From the NCBI RefSeq assembly GCF_001194135.2, contig NC_069003.1, forward strand, positions 11,730,555-11,794,554: DNA of 64,000 bases, read 5' to 3'. The DNA comes from Octopus bimaculoides (lineage: Eukaryota). Of this stretch, positions 25,636 to 38,378 are shown piece after piece; position 1 is the stretch's first letter; each line of letters opens with the position of its first letter. Made by a program: the position numbers and the translations under genes. A model generated the notes under the pieces. It saw nothing but the letters and a program-made list of their open reading frames with translations, ran no database searches and was not told the origin of the DNA.

Positions 25636-25677
25636 AACTGTTACTCAGAGTTTCACGTTTCCGTTCGTCAGACAGTT
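25636..25677 (-). ncRNA. Minimal type I hammerhead ribozyme (intact core)
   Basis: Minus strand reads AACUGU-CUGACGA-ACG GAAA CGU-GAAA-CUC U GAG-UA^ACAGUU. Stem I is 6 bp, the CUGANGA and GAAA cores are exact, stem II has a GAAA tetraloop, stem III is near-palindromic, cleavage triplet GUA. Confidence 0.8.
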
Positions 25678-26390
25678 GTGATCAAGATTGGCATATTACT
25701 CTACCTTCGGTATTCGAGTACTATATTTTTCTAACTTGTCTTGCATTTATGTTCTTACTCGTGTGTATATGTGTTTGTGTGTAATATATACACCTAAGTC
25801 TGAAGAGCTAGGTTCGTTTTACGAGTGCACAAAACTACGTTGCATGCGGCTGAATCAATCTGTTATCAAATTATATATTTATAATATGTTGAATGAAATC
25901 ATGTTTAACTGATCCTCCTGTATTTTCTTTTACCTACAGCCAGGAACTTTTCAGTACCCCCCCCCCTCGTATGTATGTATGGTGATGGTGGGGGGGGGGA
26001 GCATTCTTTTGGTTAAAGTAGCAATACTGTCAAAATACACAGCTGATTTGTTCGGCAATTTCCGTAAAGAATTTTTATTTCTTTACTTTTGCTTTCATGC
26101 CCTTTCAACGCGCGAACGCGCGCATATATATATATGCGAAAAAAATTTAATTTGTGTTCGTGGGAAGAGCCATTTTAACGATGCGTACTGCCCTAACTCT
26201 TCGAAACGCCGGTGTTTTAATGGTGGCAGCTGATGAAGGATATGTTCTCTATGTGACCTGCTTGTTGTACCTTGTTTATCATTTTGTCCATGTTCTTTTG
26301 CAACGTCATGTACCCAGATATGTATCTATATGTACATGTAGATGAAGGTATGTACATACATGTACATATATATGCATATACTCATATATT

Positions 26391-26457
<67 letters not shown>

Positions 26458-26925
26458 CACACACGTACATAAAGCTGAACACGCTCCCACACAAACACAT
26501 ATACCTACAAAAAAGATGTATGCACATGTATTTATGTATGTACGTGTATATGGATGACAATGGTGTACGTGCATGTTTGTGTGCGAGTGTGTTCAGCTTT
26601 ATGCATGTGTGTGTGTGTGTGAGAGAGAGATAGAGAGAGAGAGAGAGTGTGTGTGTGTACGAGTTTGCGTCTCACTATTCAACTCATGGACACGAAAGTC
26701 AATGGGTGTGCGCGTGAGTTTGTGTGAGCGTATGTGTCACTGTTGATCTCCTTCATCGAGTTGAAAAGCAAATGTCGGCTTCTGCAGGACATGAAAATAA
26801 AAATAAATAAATAATAATTCTTAACGGAAATTGCCAAACAAATCAGCTGTCAATTTTGACAATTGCAACTTAAACCAAAAGAATGTCGTGTGTGTGCTTG
26901 GTGATGCAAAGAGGCAAACACGATA

Positions 26926-26960
<35 letters not shown>

Positions 26961-27189
26961 TTGTCGTCATACTAATACATCCTTTTGTTGTTTACACCAC
27001 CTGTCCTCGTCTGTTGTTTTTTTTTTTCGTACGTTCTCTCATATATATATATATACATACCCATATATATATATATAAAGCAGTTGTATACTGTCAACTT
27101 AATGTGACAGTCCCAATAAGGGAATCAGGATCCTTCTGAATTGACGGACACCACTATTCATTTATGTTTTATGTAGTGTTTTTGGAACC

Positions 27190-27907
27190 GAAACACTTTC
27201 AAACTTCATATACTTGTATATTTTGTGTTATAGAACAGATAAAAATTTTTGTATTCGAAGTTATTTCATGTAAAAAAAATTGTCGTATTTTGGTAATTTC
27301 AACCAATCACTGACGTCTATTGAGGTGAAAACAATTACTGCTGTGGAATGTAAACAACATGTTCTAACGGTGTCATGGGATCTTTTCCTTTGAATAAAAT
27401 TAGTGCCGTTGTTTGTCAACAACAACTATCGGCGGTACTGTTATTTATGACATCATTCGTGCGTTTGTACTGGTTTTAGCTTTATGGTTTTAGAGTTAGG
27501 GTTAGTTTTAGGGTTAAGGTTAGGGTTATGATTATTTTTGTCATAACCATAACTCTAACCCTAAAACCCTATAACTCGTAACCGTAACCCTAAAACCCTA
27601 ACCGTAACTCTAAAACCCGAACCCTAACCCTAAAACCCTAAACCCTTACTAAGGAATAACTAGGGTTATAACCCTTAATAGGGATTAACAGGGAATAACG
27701 ATCTTGACACCGGCAAAAGTTATTGTTTACAAAAACAGCAGTAACTGTATTCAGCTGACTAGAGGTCAGTGATTGGTTGAAATTACAGAAATACGACAAC
27801 TTTAACATGAAATAACTTGCAATATATAATTTTTTGTTTAGAAGGCTAAGAGAAAAAGATGTTTTATATGACACATTCTACCAGTGTCCCAAGTTTGAAA
27901 GTGTTTC
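27190..27907. mobile_element. Fold-back element with ~140-bp imperfect TIRs and internal telomere-like repeats (partial second copy at 21935-22152)
   Basis: GAAACACTTTCAAACTT..CAACCAATCACTGAC (27190-27316) is inverted at 27765-27907. Degenerate (TTAGGG)n followed by (CCCTAA)n inside. Confidence 0.7.
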
Positions 27908-28275
27908 GTTAAGAAAACAAGTGGTGCCCGTCAATGCATGAAACCGGTCCATGGTGCCAAAAAAGGTTGGGATCGGCTGCATTAGAGGGTCGACACAAAT
28001 AAGTTACCAGTCACGTTTTGGAGTAGATGTAATCGACCCGCTCAAAAATTTTCGGCCTTGTGCCTTGATCAGAAGCTATTAGTATTGTTGAACACTTCTT
28101 TGATCTTGTTTGAAGTTTAAAAAGCCAAACGTAAACTAGGAATTCTTTCTTTTTTCATTATGCCTTCCGATTTCATATCGATAATCAATAACATCAATCA
28201 GAATAATGTCGAAATAGATTTTTGTTTTAATGTTGTGTAATGATCATAAGAAATGTGTATGTGTGTGTGTGTGTA

Positions 28276-28313
<38 letters not shown>

Positions 28314-28379
28314 CATATGTATGTATGTATATATATATGTTTTTTTTAAATGGTTTATAAACACCTTCCACGCTGCAAT

Positions 28380-28421
<42 letters not shown>

Positions 28422-28917
28422 NNNNNNNNNNNNNNNNNNNNNNNNNNNNNNNNNNNNNNNNNNNNNNNNNNNNNNNNNNNNNNNNNNNNNNNNNNNNNNN
28501 NNNNNNNNNNNNNNNNNNNNNNNNNNNNNNNNNNNNNNNNNNNNNNNNNNNNNNNNNNNNNNNNNNNNNNNNNNNNNNNNNNNNNNNNNNNNNNNNNNNN
28601 NNNNNNNNNNNNNNNNNNNNNNNNNNNNNNNNNNNNNNNNNNNNNNNNNNNNNNNNNNNNNNNNNNNNNNNNNNNNNNNNNNNNNNNNNNNNNNNNNNNN
28701 NNNNNNNNNNNNNNNNNNNNNNNNNNNNNNNNNNNNNNNNNNNNNNNNNNNNNNNNNNNNNNNNNNNNNNNNNNNNNNNNNNNNNNNNNNNNNNNNNNNN
28801 NNNNNNNNNNNNNNNNNNNNNNNNNNNNNNNNNNNNNNNNNNNNNNNNNNNNNNNNNNNNNNNNNNNNNNNNNNNNNNNNNNNNNNNNNNNNNNNNNNNN
28901 NNNNNNNNNNNNNNNNN

Positions 28918-29000
<83 letters not shown>

Positions 29001-29483
29001 ATATATATGTATGTATGTGTGTGTTTTTATATATATATAGTTCAGGTAAAATCTAGTGACGTAATGTAACAGGCATATACAATAGGTACTCAGGTTGACG
29101 GAAACTCCGACTTTAACTGTGACTAAAACAAAAAAGTGCAATTGTAGCTGCCTAGCAATGAATGGCTATAAATGGTTTATGGCTATGAATGGTTTGTCAT
29201 TGTACAGTAGAATGAAAGTATGAACAAGCAATCAATAGGTACCAGTTTAGAGCATAGAATTTATATATCTAAACATAGTTACAGAGCTGTTAAAATAGAG
29301 CTGTTAGACCAAAATAGAGTGTGTCATAGAAATAAGGGAGTAAGGAGGTATGCAAATAGTCTCTTACATGTTTCTGGCTGCTGCGGCTTCCCTGCTGGAT
29401 CGGTGTGCTGTTTCCTGCAGAAGATAGGTCTGAAACCCAGACAGTTAAAGAAAGCCACCAAGAAGATAGGCACAAGAAGAAAG

Positions 29484-29712
29484 GCAGCGAGCTGGCAGAA
29501 ACGTTTGCGCGCCGGGAGAATGCTCAGCGGTATTTCGTCTGCCGTTACGTTCTGAGTTCAAATTCCGCCGAGGTCGACTTTGCCTTTCATCCTTTCGGGG
29601 TCGATTAAATAAGTACCAGTTACGCACTGGGATTGATGTAATCGACTTAATCCCCTTGTCTGTCCTTGTTTGTCCTCTCTATGTTTAGCCCCTTGTGGGC
29701 AATAAAGAAATA
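29484..29712 (+). mobile_element. SINE family B, full length
   Basis: Colinear with 12705-12930. Confidence 0.82.
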
Positions 29713-30074
29713 AGTAGGCACAGCAGCCCGCTGCCATGCTGGAGCACTGCCTCTAAGATTTTAGCCGACCAAACCGACCCAGTACTTAAGCCTGGTACTT
29801 ATTCTACCGTTCTCTCTTGCCGAACCGTCAAGTATCGGGGACGTAAACAAACCAACACCGTCAAGCGACGGTAGAGGACAAACACAGACGGGCTTCTTTC
29901 AATTTCCATCCATCAAATCCATTCACAAGGCTTTTGTTGGCCCGTGACTATAGTGGAAGACACTAGCCCAATGTGCCACACAGTAAGACTGAACCCAGAA
30001 CCATGTGGTTGGGAAATAAACTTCAAACCACACGGCCAGTGCATTTCTACACACCCATATACATACATACATAC

Positions 30075-30200
30075 ATGCTTAAAGGAGAATCTGGATAAAC
30101 TGGGATTTTCAGAAAGAGAAATCGACCGGCTAATTCGTACATTACAAGTGAGTGGAAGAGTAAAAATATGCAAGACTTTTCTCAAGTTCCGAATGTGAAT
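30075..30200 (+). mobile_element. C-terminal remnant of an RLE-type non-LTR retrotransposon
   Basis: LKENLDKLGFSEREIDRLIRTLQVSGRVKICKTFLKFRM* resembles the post-endonuclease tail of R4/NeSL-like ORFs. Confidence 0.5.
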
Positions 30201-31029
30201 TTGTCTGTGTTAACTACATCCCAAAGATGGAACCTTGTATCTTTGTTGGAAACCGGCTCCCTCCTCAGTTGAAGATTTATAATAATTAAAAAATTGAAGA
30301 AACATACATTGGAGCCCTGGGATATGTAACACACTGCCTAAATACCAATCTTGAGAAATTAGGCTTCTGAAATCTAGAAACGTGAAAGCTAATTCGAAGA
30401 CTACAGATCCAATCTATCACTGGAATTGTAAAAATTTATAAAATTTTCTAGAAGTTTATCATTTAAATATATACGAACATGTCTAGATGTGCAACTACAT
30501 GCTTGAGAATACACACGTAGAGCAAAACATACAAATCTGCACATGTACATACATACATACATACATAAGTACCCTAATGTTGAAATTTCAATGAAGGAAC
30601 TTTGAATGTAGGCTGGAAACCGGCTCTTTCTCTATTGGCAAAAAATCTTGAAATAAAACTGAACAATGACATACGTATGTATGTATGTGTGTGCATGTAC
30701 ACACACAAACACATACACGATTTTATTGTCAGTAACTTAGATTTTTCGTGACTCATGAGTTTTGGCACCCCTTCACTAAATTGTCCAATTAGGGGTACCA
30801 GTAATATGTGTGGGTATTTTTTTTACGGCTGTGTGTGTTACGTATGACGTGGATGGAAATTATTAAAATTGCTTTTCGTGAGATAAGTTGTTTTCTCTTG
30901 TTGTTTGTTTATCTCTGGACAGAACTTTTCTGGACAGAAATTCCTGTGGCCAGCATACTGAACCAATTACTGAACACTATTTTTGCTTTATTTTTTTGCT
31001 ATATGTGAGTGAGTGAGTGNNNNNNNNNN

Positions 31030-31085
<56 letters not shown>

Positions 31086-32186
31086 ATATATACATATACA
31101 TACACACACATATTTATATAATACATTTTAAAATGAAATACAGTTTCCACAAAATTAAATATAATATAATGAATGTGAATGCCAGTGTGTCACACTTTTT
31201 CAACTTTACTCCTAGAGGCCGTAGCCCAACATATAACATTTTGGAATCAGGCTGACTCCGTGAGTAAATTAAAAACATTCCGGACCGAATCCGGACCTGC
31301 AATCTTGAAATTTTGGATTCCTATGTTTTCATTACTGCGATTGTTTTCGGCGATTTGTTTTTACATGATTTTCAGCGACGAGTATGACCATGTACAGGAT
31401 CTATTTCTTTTTGAACTTTTCTTGGCACAACGCTAACAAAAACACTCGCCAGATTATGTACATGTCGACATGAAGGGAGAATTTTAACGACAACCGGTGA
31501 TAATGTTTTTGTAATTAATGAGATACGTCTGTTTAATCTCACCAGACAGATCAGTCACTCGAAGTTTCAATTAACAACCTGTATGATACAGTAGCAATGT
31601 TGTTGTCGTTGTGTAACCCTGGGTCAATTTTGATTGAGTAATGCTATCTATTATTGATGCTGTGCTTTTTTTAACTTGTGCCGTGCATGGCACAAACATG
31701 GTATCAACCTGAAATTTTTCTCTCCTAAATAATCGCATTTTTTGTTTATTTTTCGTAAACGTAGTCTTTGAACATTACTGTTGTTGGCTGTAAAAATAAT
31801 ACACCTATTTTGATTGTGTAAAATCGATAAATTATTATGTTCTGTTTTGTTTTTCCTAGAAGATCAGTTTGATTTTGATAATAACGTTGTTCATATTCAA
31901 TTGTACGTGTTGTCACAGGAAAATGAATGTTCGTTAAAGATTAGTTTAAAGCCCTGGAATCTTGGGAAATTTCTTCCAATCGCTTGAAGTATTTCTAGTC
32001 TTCACAGATAATTTTTTGAAGAAATGTAGTCTTGATGTAGCTGATGACGAAAACTACATACACTTCCCCCCTCCCAAGAAAGTAACAATCCTTTCTACTA
32101 AAGGCACAAGGCCTGACATTTTGGAGGAGGGGACCAGTCGATTACATCGACCTCCAGTGTTTCACTGGTATTAATTTATTGACCGT

Positions 32187-32399
32187 GGAGGCGCAATGGC
32201 CCAGTGGTTAGGGCAGCGGACTCGCAGTCATAGGATCGCGGTTTCGATTCCCAGACCGGGCGTTGTGAGTATTTATTCAGCGAAAACACCTAAAGCTCCA
32301 CGAGGTTCCGGCAGGGGATGGTGGCGAACCCTGCTGTACTCTTTCACCACAACTTTCTCTCACTCTTACTTCCTGTTTCTGTTGTGCCTGTAATTCAAA
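32187..32399 (+). mobile_element. tRNA-derived SINE family C (partial reverse copy at about 59335-59452)
   Basis: Head TGGCCCAGTGGTTAGGGCAGCGG..GGTTTCGATTCCC; body GCGAAAACACCTAAAGCTCC shared with 59400-59452. Confidence 0.75.
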
Positions 32400-33651
32400 N
32401 NNNNNNNNNNNNNNNNNNNNNNNNNNNNNNNNNNNNNNNNNNNNNNNNNNNNNNNNNNNNNNNNNNNNNNNNNNNNNNNNNNNNNNNNNNNNNNNNNNNN
32501 NNNNNNNNNNNNNNNNNNNNNNNNNNNNNNNNNNNNNNNNNNNNNNNNNNNNNNNNNNNNNNNNNNNNNNNNNNNNNNNNNNNNNNNNNNNNNNNNNNNN
32601 NNNNNNNNNNNNNNNNNNNNNNNNNNNNNNNNNNNNNNNNNNNNNNNNNNNNNNNNNNNNNNNNNNNNNNNNNNNNNNNNNNNNNNNNNNNNNNNNNNNN
32701 NNNNNNNNNNNNNNNNNNNNNNNNNNNNNNNNNNNNNNNNNNNNNNNNNNNNNNNNNNNNNNNNNNNNNNNNNNNNNNNNNNNNNNNNNNNNNNNNNNNN
32801 NNNNNNNNNNNNNNNNNNNNTTATATACATTGTGTTTATGATTACATATGATAAACATATAAAAGCAAGCATTTCTATACATATGTGCCCCCCCCCCCCA
32901 AAAAAAAAACTTTACTCATTACTTCCAAACAATTGATATTTTTTAATGAAATTTTCTACAAATACGCTTCAGATGGTGTAGATTCCGATTATATTTATAG
33001 AAAGTTTCATTTAAAAATATCCATTTTTCTGGAAGTTGTGAGGAAACAAAGTCGATGAGGAGGGGACACATGTGTAGGAATGCGCCTAAAATCATTAGGA
33101 TTGATATAATCGGCTAGCCCACTCTCCCCAAATTCCAGGCTTTATGCCTATATCTAAAAGGTTCATCATCATCATTAATGTATTGACTGCTTTGTTTCAC
33201 TATTGTACAACAGAACATCTCTATAGATTCATTAGCCTACACTATATGTTATGAAGAATATAAACGATATGTCTTTGTACAGGGAGTGGGGGTCAGGTGT
33301 AGCTTTGTGGTAAGAAACTCATTTCCCAACCACATGGTTTCAGGTTCAGTCTCATTGCATGGCTCCTTGGCAAGTTTCTCTTACTATTGCTCAGGGCCCC
33401 ATCAAACTCATGCACAAGGTTTAGGTGGGCCCAAAGTTTTATATACTCTTTTACTTGTTTCAGTCATTTGACTGAAGCCATGCTGGAGAACTACCCTTTA
33501 GTCGAAAAAAATTAACCCCTAAACTTATTCTTTGTAAACCTGGTACTTATTCTACCGGTCTCTTTTGCCAAACTGTTAGGTTATGGGGATGTAAACAAAC
33601 CAAGCAATGGTAGGGGGGAGGCAAACACAGTCACAAACACACAAAGATACA

Positions 33652-33706
<55 letters not shown>

Positions 33707-33764
33707 TTACATATATATATTTATGTATATTTGTGTGTTTGTGACTATAATATACATATTATAC

Positions 33765-34222
33765 AGGAGTGGCTGTGTGGTAAGTAGCTTGCTTACCAAC
33801 CACATGGTCCCGGGTTCAGTCTCACTGCATGGCACCTTGGGCAAGTGTCTTNNNNNNNNNNTTCAGTCTCACTGCATGGCACCTTGGGCAAGTGTCTTCT
33901 ACTATAGCCTCGGGCCGACCAAAACCTTGTGAGTGGATTTGGTAGAAGGAAACTGGAAGAAGACTGTCGTATATGTATATATATGTATATATATGTATAT
34001 GTATGTGTGTGTATATGTTTGTGTATCTGTTTGTCCCCCTAGTATCGCTTGACAACTGATGCTGGTGGGTTTACGCCCTGTAACTTAGCAGTTCAGCAAA
34101 AGTGATCAATAGAATAAGTACTAGGCTTACAAAGAATAAGCTTTGGGGTCAATTTGCTCGACTATAAAGGTGGTGCTCCAGTATGGCCGCAGTCAAATGA
34201 CTGAAACAAGTAAAAGAGTATA
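33765..34222 (+). mobile_element. SINE family A copy (spans a 10-N gap)
   Basis: Colinear with 27-427. Confidence 0.8.
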
Positions 34223-35353
34223 CATACATACATCATCATCATCATCATCATCATTTAATGTCCACTTTCCATGCTGGCATGGGTTGGGCAGCTTGACTGG
34301 AACTGGTAAGCTGGAGGGCTGCATCAGGTTCCAGTCTGATTTGGCATGGTTTCTGCAGCTGGATGCCCTTCCTAACGCCAACTATGATTTCACATGCCAG
34401 TTACATGCCACGACTACAAGTTCACTTGGCTTGATGAATCTTCTCAAGCACAGCATATCACAAAAGGTCACTTGTCACCGCCCCCATGACGCCCAACATT
34501 TGAAGATCATGCTATCATATCTATATATACATATACATATATATATANNNNNNNNNNNNNNNNNNNNNNNNNNNNNNNNNNNNNNNNNNNNNNNNNNNNN
34601 NNNNNNNNNNNNNNNNNNNNNNNNNNNNNNNNNNNNNNNNNNNNNNNNNNNNNNNNNNNNNNNNNNNNNNNNNNNNNNNNNNNNNNNNNNNNNNNNNNNN
34701 NNNNNNNNNNNNNNNNNNNNNNNNNNNNNNNNNNNNNNNNNNNNNNNNNNNNNNNNNNNNNNNNNNNNNNNNNNNNNNNNNNNNNNNNNNNNNNNNNNNN
34801 NNNNNNNNNNNNNNNNNNNNNNNNNNNNNNNNNNNNNNNNNNNNNNNNNNNNNNNNNNNNNNNNNNNNNNNNNNNNNNNNNNNNNNNNNNNNNNNNNNNN
34901 NNNNNNNNNNNNNNNNNNNNNNNNNNNNNNNNNNNNNNNNNNNNNNNNNNNNNNNNNNNNNNNNNNNNNNNNNNNNNNNNNNNNNNNNNNNNNNNNNNNN
35001 NNNNNNNNNNNNNNNNNNNNNNNNNNNNNNNNNNNNNNNNNNNNNNNNNNNNNNNNNNNNNNNNNNNNNNNNNNNNNNNNNNNNNNNNNNNNNNNNNNNN
35101 NNNNNNNNNNNNNNNNNNNNNNNNNNNNNNNNNNNNNNNNNNNTATATATAAGGGCAAAAAGAAAAAAAATTCTCTGTGCCAATATGCTGAAAAATAGAC
35201 AATGTGGTTAGGCGATTTAGCGTCTGTTTTTCAGCATATTGGCAAAGAAAACTTTTTTTTTTTGTCCTTATTAATAATTGTATTTATAATTTTCACCTTA
35301 AAAGGTATTTTTCATATGCTAGCTACTGATAAAATCTTATCCTTATATTAGAA

Positions 35354-35392
<39 letters not shown>

Positions 35393-35626
35393 TTCCATCA
35401 ACCAGACCCACTTACCAGATATTAGGCAGTCAAGAACTATGCTAGAAGACACTTTCTCAAGGTTCCACACAGTGAGACTGATTTCAGAACAACCACGTAG
35501 TCCAGAAAATAAACCACATAACAACCATACAGCCACACCAGTGCATCTATAATCTCTAATTCGTTAATGACATTACGTTTACAGGTCGTCATTGTATATA
35601 TATGGCTAGCCCCAGTAACACTGTCA

Positions 35627-35786
35627 ATGATGCCTGTCTACATGACCATGTCCATTGAAAAAGCTACAGGTAATGAGTGCTTTGATATTGTGATGAATGG
35701 TGTAACTGCCGAGAATTACAAAGAGAGAGAAAAGCAGAACAAACGAGCTGTGTCAGCAAATATTTCTGGAACACGTTTTAAATTAG
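35627..35786 (+). CDS. TTLL7: TTLL7-like tubulin polyglutamylase, first recognisable coding exon (acceptor probably at 35585; true ATG uncertain)
   Basis: Encodes MMPVYM..KEREKQNKRAVSANISGTRFKL (cf. TTLL7 KKKKGTITANVAGTKFEI). GTGAGT donor at 35787. Confidence 0.7.
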
Positions 35787-35832
35787 GTGAGTACTGTGTG
35801 GTTTCTCTTGCATTCCACCCCAACCCCACGTA

Positions 35833-35889
<57 letters not shown>

Positions 35890-35913
35890 TCTTCTGCTTC
35901 TTATTTCTGCGTA

Positions 35914-36145
35914 GGAGTGGCTATGTGGTAAGTAGCTTGCTTACCAGCCACATGGTTCTGGGTTCAGTGTCTTCTACTATAGCCTCGGGCCGACCAAAGC
36001 CTCGTGAGTGGATTTGGTAGACGGAAACTGAAAGAAGCCTGTCGTATATGTGTATATATATATGTGTGTATGTGTGTGTATATGTTTGTGTGTCTGTGTT
36101 TGTCCCCCCAGCATCGCTTGACAACCGATGCTAGTGTGTTTACGA
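35914..36145 (+). mobile_element. SINE family A, partial
   Basis: Head and mid-body, with an internal deletion. Confidence 0.75.
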
Positions 36146-36612
36146 CCATGTGCGTAAGCAGCTTGGTAACAGCTTGGCTTGTTACTATGGAAACAGGCAC
36201 CAATATGTCTGCAGCTTTTGAATGGCTAAAATTACCCAAAATTTGCAAGTTTCAAAAGCTATTAACTCTTTTTTTTATATTTATTCATTTATGGTGAAAA
36301 TGAATTTCATGTCAATGACTGCCATACACAACTACTCCAATACACCAAAATATGAAATCAATTGGAACAAAAATTGAAGAAATTGAAAAGTGGCAGCCAA
36401 ACAGACAAGACCCATCTCACCCACACACATATTTACATAAACAACAAGCTTCTTTCAGTTTCTGTCTACCAAATTCACTCTCAAAGCTTTGGTCAGCCAA
36501 GGACAATAGTAGAAGACACTTGCCCAAGGTAACACGCTATGGGACTGAACCCACATGCTTTAAGTATGCATACAGATCGATAATTTTATAATTATGTTTT
36601 GTTTCTTTCTAG

Positions 36613-36670
36613 TGAAGAAAGTTTTGGATAACCTGAACTTCTCCATCACTGAGGACGAAGATTTCACCAG
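36613..36670 (+). CDS. TTLL7: TTLL7-like exon
   Basis: ttctAG/GTAAGA. Encodes (V)KKVLDNLNFSITEDEDFT (cf. VRLVIDEMGFMKTPDEDET). Phase 1 to 2. Confidence 0.85.
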
Positions 36671-36749
36671 GTAAGACAAACTTTTTCTCACATCCTTTCT
36701 GCTTGAGTGCAGGAAGGTAATTGAGGTACTGTTGACAGAGAAGGTGTAT

Positions 36750-37368
36750 TGGTGGTGGTGGTGAGGATAGTAGTAGTAGTATGAGGAGAAGGAAGAGCAG
36801 CAGCAGTAGGTAGAGTAGTAGTAGGGGGTGGAGTAGTAGTAAGTGGAGTAGGAGTAGTAGTAGTAGTAGGAGGAGGAGTAGTAGTAGTAGGATGTGGAGT
36901 AACAGTAGGTGGAGTAGGAGTAGGTGGAGGAGGAGAAGCAGCAGTAGGTGAAATAGTAGTAGGAGGAGGAGGTGGGGTAGTAGTAGGAGGTGGAGTAACA
37001 GTAGTAGTAGTAGTAGGTGGAGGAGGAGGAGCAGCAGCAAGTGAAATAGTAGTAGGAGGTGGAGTAGCAGTAGGTAGAGTAGTAGTAGTAGGTGGAGGAG
37101 GAGGGGCAGCAGCAGCAGTAGGTGGAGTAGTAGTAGTAGTAGTAGCAGTAGGTAGAGTAGTAGTAGTAGGTGGAGGAGGAGGGGAAGCAGCAGCAGTAGG
37201 TGGAGTAGTAGTAGTAGTAGTAGTAGGTGGAGGAGGAGGAGGAGCAGTAGGTGGAGTAGTACTAGTAGTAGGAGGAGTAGTACTAGTAGTAGGAGGAGCA
37301 GTAGGTGGAGTAGTACTAGTAGTAGGAGGAGCAGTAGGTGGAGTAGTACTAGTAGGAGGAGGAGAGGT
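36750..37368. repeat. Purine-rich (GGA/GTA/GCA)n array with higher-order subrepeats
   Basis: Visible directly, e.g. repeated AGTAGGTGGAGTAGTACTAGTAGTAGGAGGAGC. Confidence 0.9.
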
Positions 37369-37534
37369 TATCCAATGTTCTTGCTTTCATTTTTTAAAAA
37401 GATATTAGGGTGTGGTTTGGTTGCTATTTCTTGCATATCAACTGAACCACCTACAGAACACACCCAATAGCAGTTGTGTGATGGTATCACAATAATGTTC
37501 GCTTCTTTTCTTTTTTTTTTTCTTTTTTACCAAG

Positions 37535-37666
37535 TTACCTTATATGGAGTGATGCCTATGTGTCCAATGAGAAAGTTTCAGACTTACAGAACTACCAAAG
37601 AATCAACCATTTCCCAGGAATGATAAAAATAACCAGGAAGGATTACCTGGCACGCAACTTTGTCAA
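37535..37666 (+). CDS. TTLL7: TTLL7-like exon
   Basis: Encodes YLIWSDAYVSNEKVSDLQNYQRINHFPGMIKITRKDYLARNFV (TTL-family INHFPGM motif). AG/GTAAGT. Confidence 0.95.
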
Positions 37667-37714
37667 GTAAGTCACCTCCCTATGCATTCTATTGCTGTGC
37701 TTGGACACATCTAT

Positions 37715-38135
37715 TGGTATTGGTATTGGTGGTGGTGGTTGTCGTGGTTGTGGTCGTGGTCGTGGTCGTCGTCGTGAGACGGTGGGGGAGGGGTGGTGGT
37801 GTGGTGGTGGTGGTGGTGGTAAGACGGTGGTCTTGAGATAGGGGTGGGGGGTGAGGAGACGTTAGTGGTGGTGGTGGTGGTGGTGGTGGTGGTGGTGGTA
37901 ATTGGAGTGTGTCATGGTAGTGATGATAGTTGTTGGTGGTAGTAGTAGTAGTAGTAGTGGTGATGGTGATAATGCTGGTGAAGTTGATGGTTGTGGCGGT
38001 AATGAGGGTAATGGTGGTGGTGGTTGTGGTGGTAGTGATAAGATAGCAAATGTGATGGTGGTGGTAGTTGTGGTAGTGGTGAAGGTGGTGGTTGTGGTAG
38101 TAATGATGGTGGTGGTGGTAGTGGTGGTAGTGTTT
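37715..38135. repeat. (GGT/GTA)n trinucleotide array
   Basis: Visible directly in the sequence. Confidence 0.9.
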
Positions 38136-38378
38136 AGCCCCCAAGGTAGTTCCCATCAAATAGACTTATGATCAAAGCTACTCCAGCCATGGCCATCTCA
38201 ACTATCTGCATATTCAGAACTACATTACCCAGTGTGTCCTTCCTTTTTCTTTTTCTTTTCTTTTTTTTTACTCTAAGACAGCAAAGTGTGATATCATGGA
38301 GATTTGGTTGTTATTTCTAGCAGTTCTAGAAAACCTGTTTTGTTGTTAGCTCTTCTTCCATGGATGGCATCAGTATGT

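Noticed and set aside
26185-26240. GAAACGCCGGTGT..CTGATGAAGG in type II hammerhead order
   Set aside because: Stem I cannot be formed and the stem II pairing is poor.
32187-32270. tRNA-like sequences (also the heads of SINE families A, B, D and 48691-48984)
   Set aside because: A/B boxes are present, but there is no complete cloverleaf and the sequences continue into SINE bodies; not called as tRNA genes.
33825-33895. Direct duplication of about 30 nt either side of a 10-N gap
   Set aside because: Most likely an unmerged contig overlap (assembly artefact).
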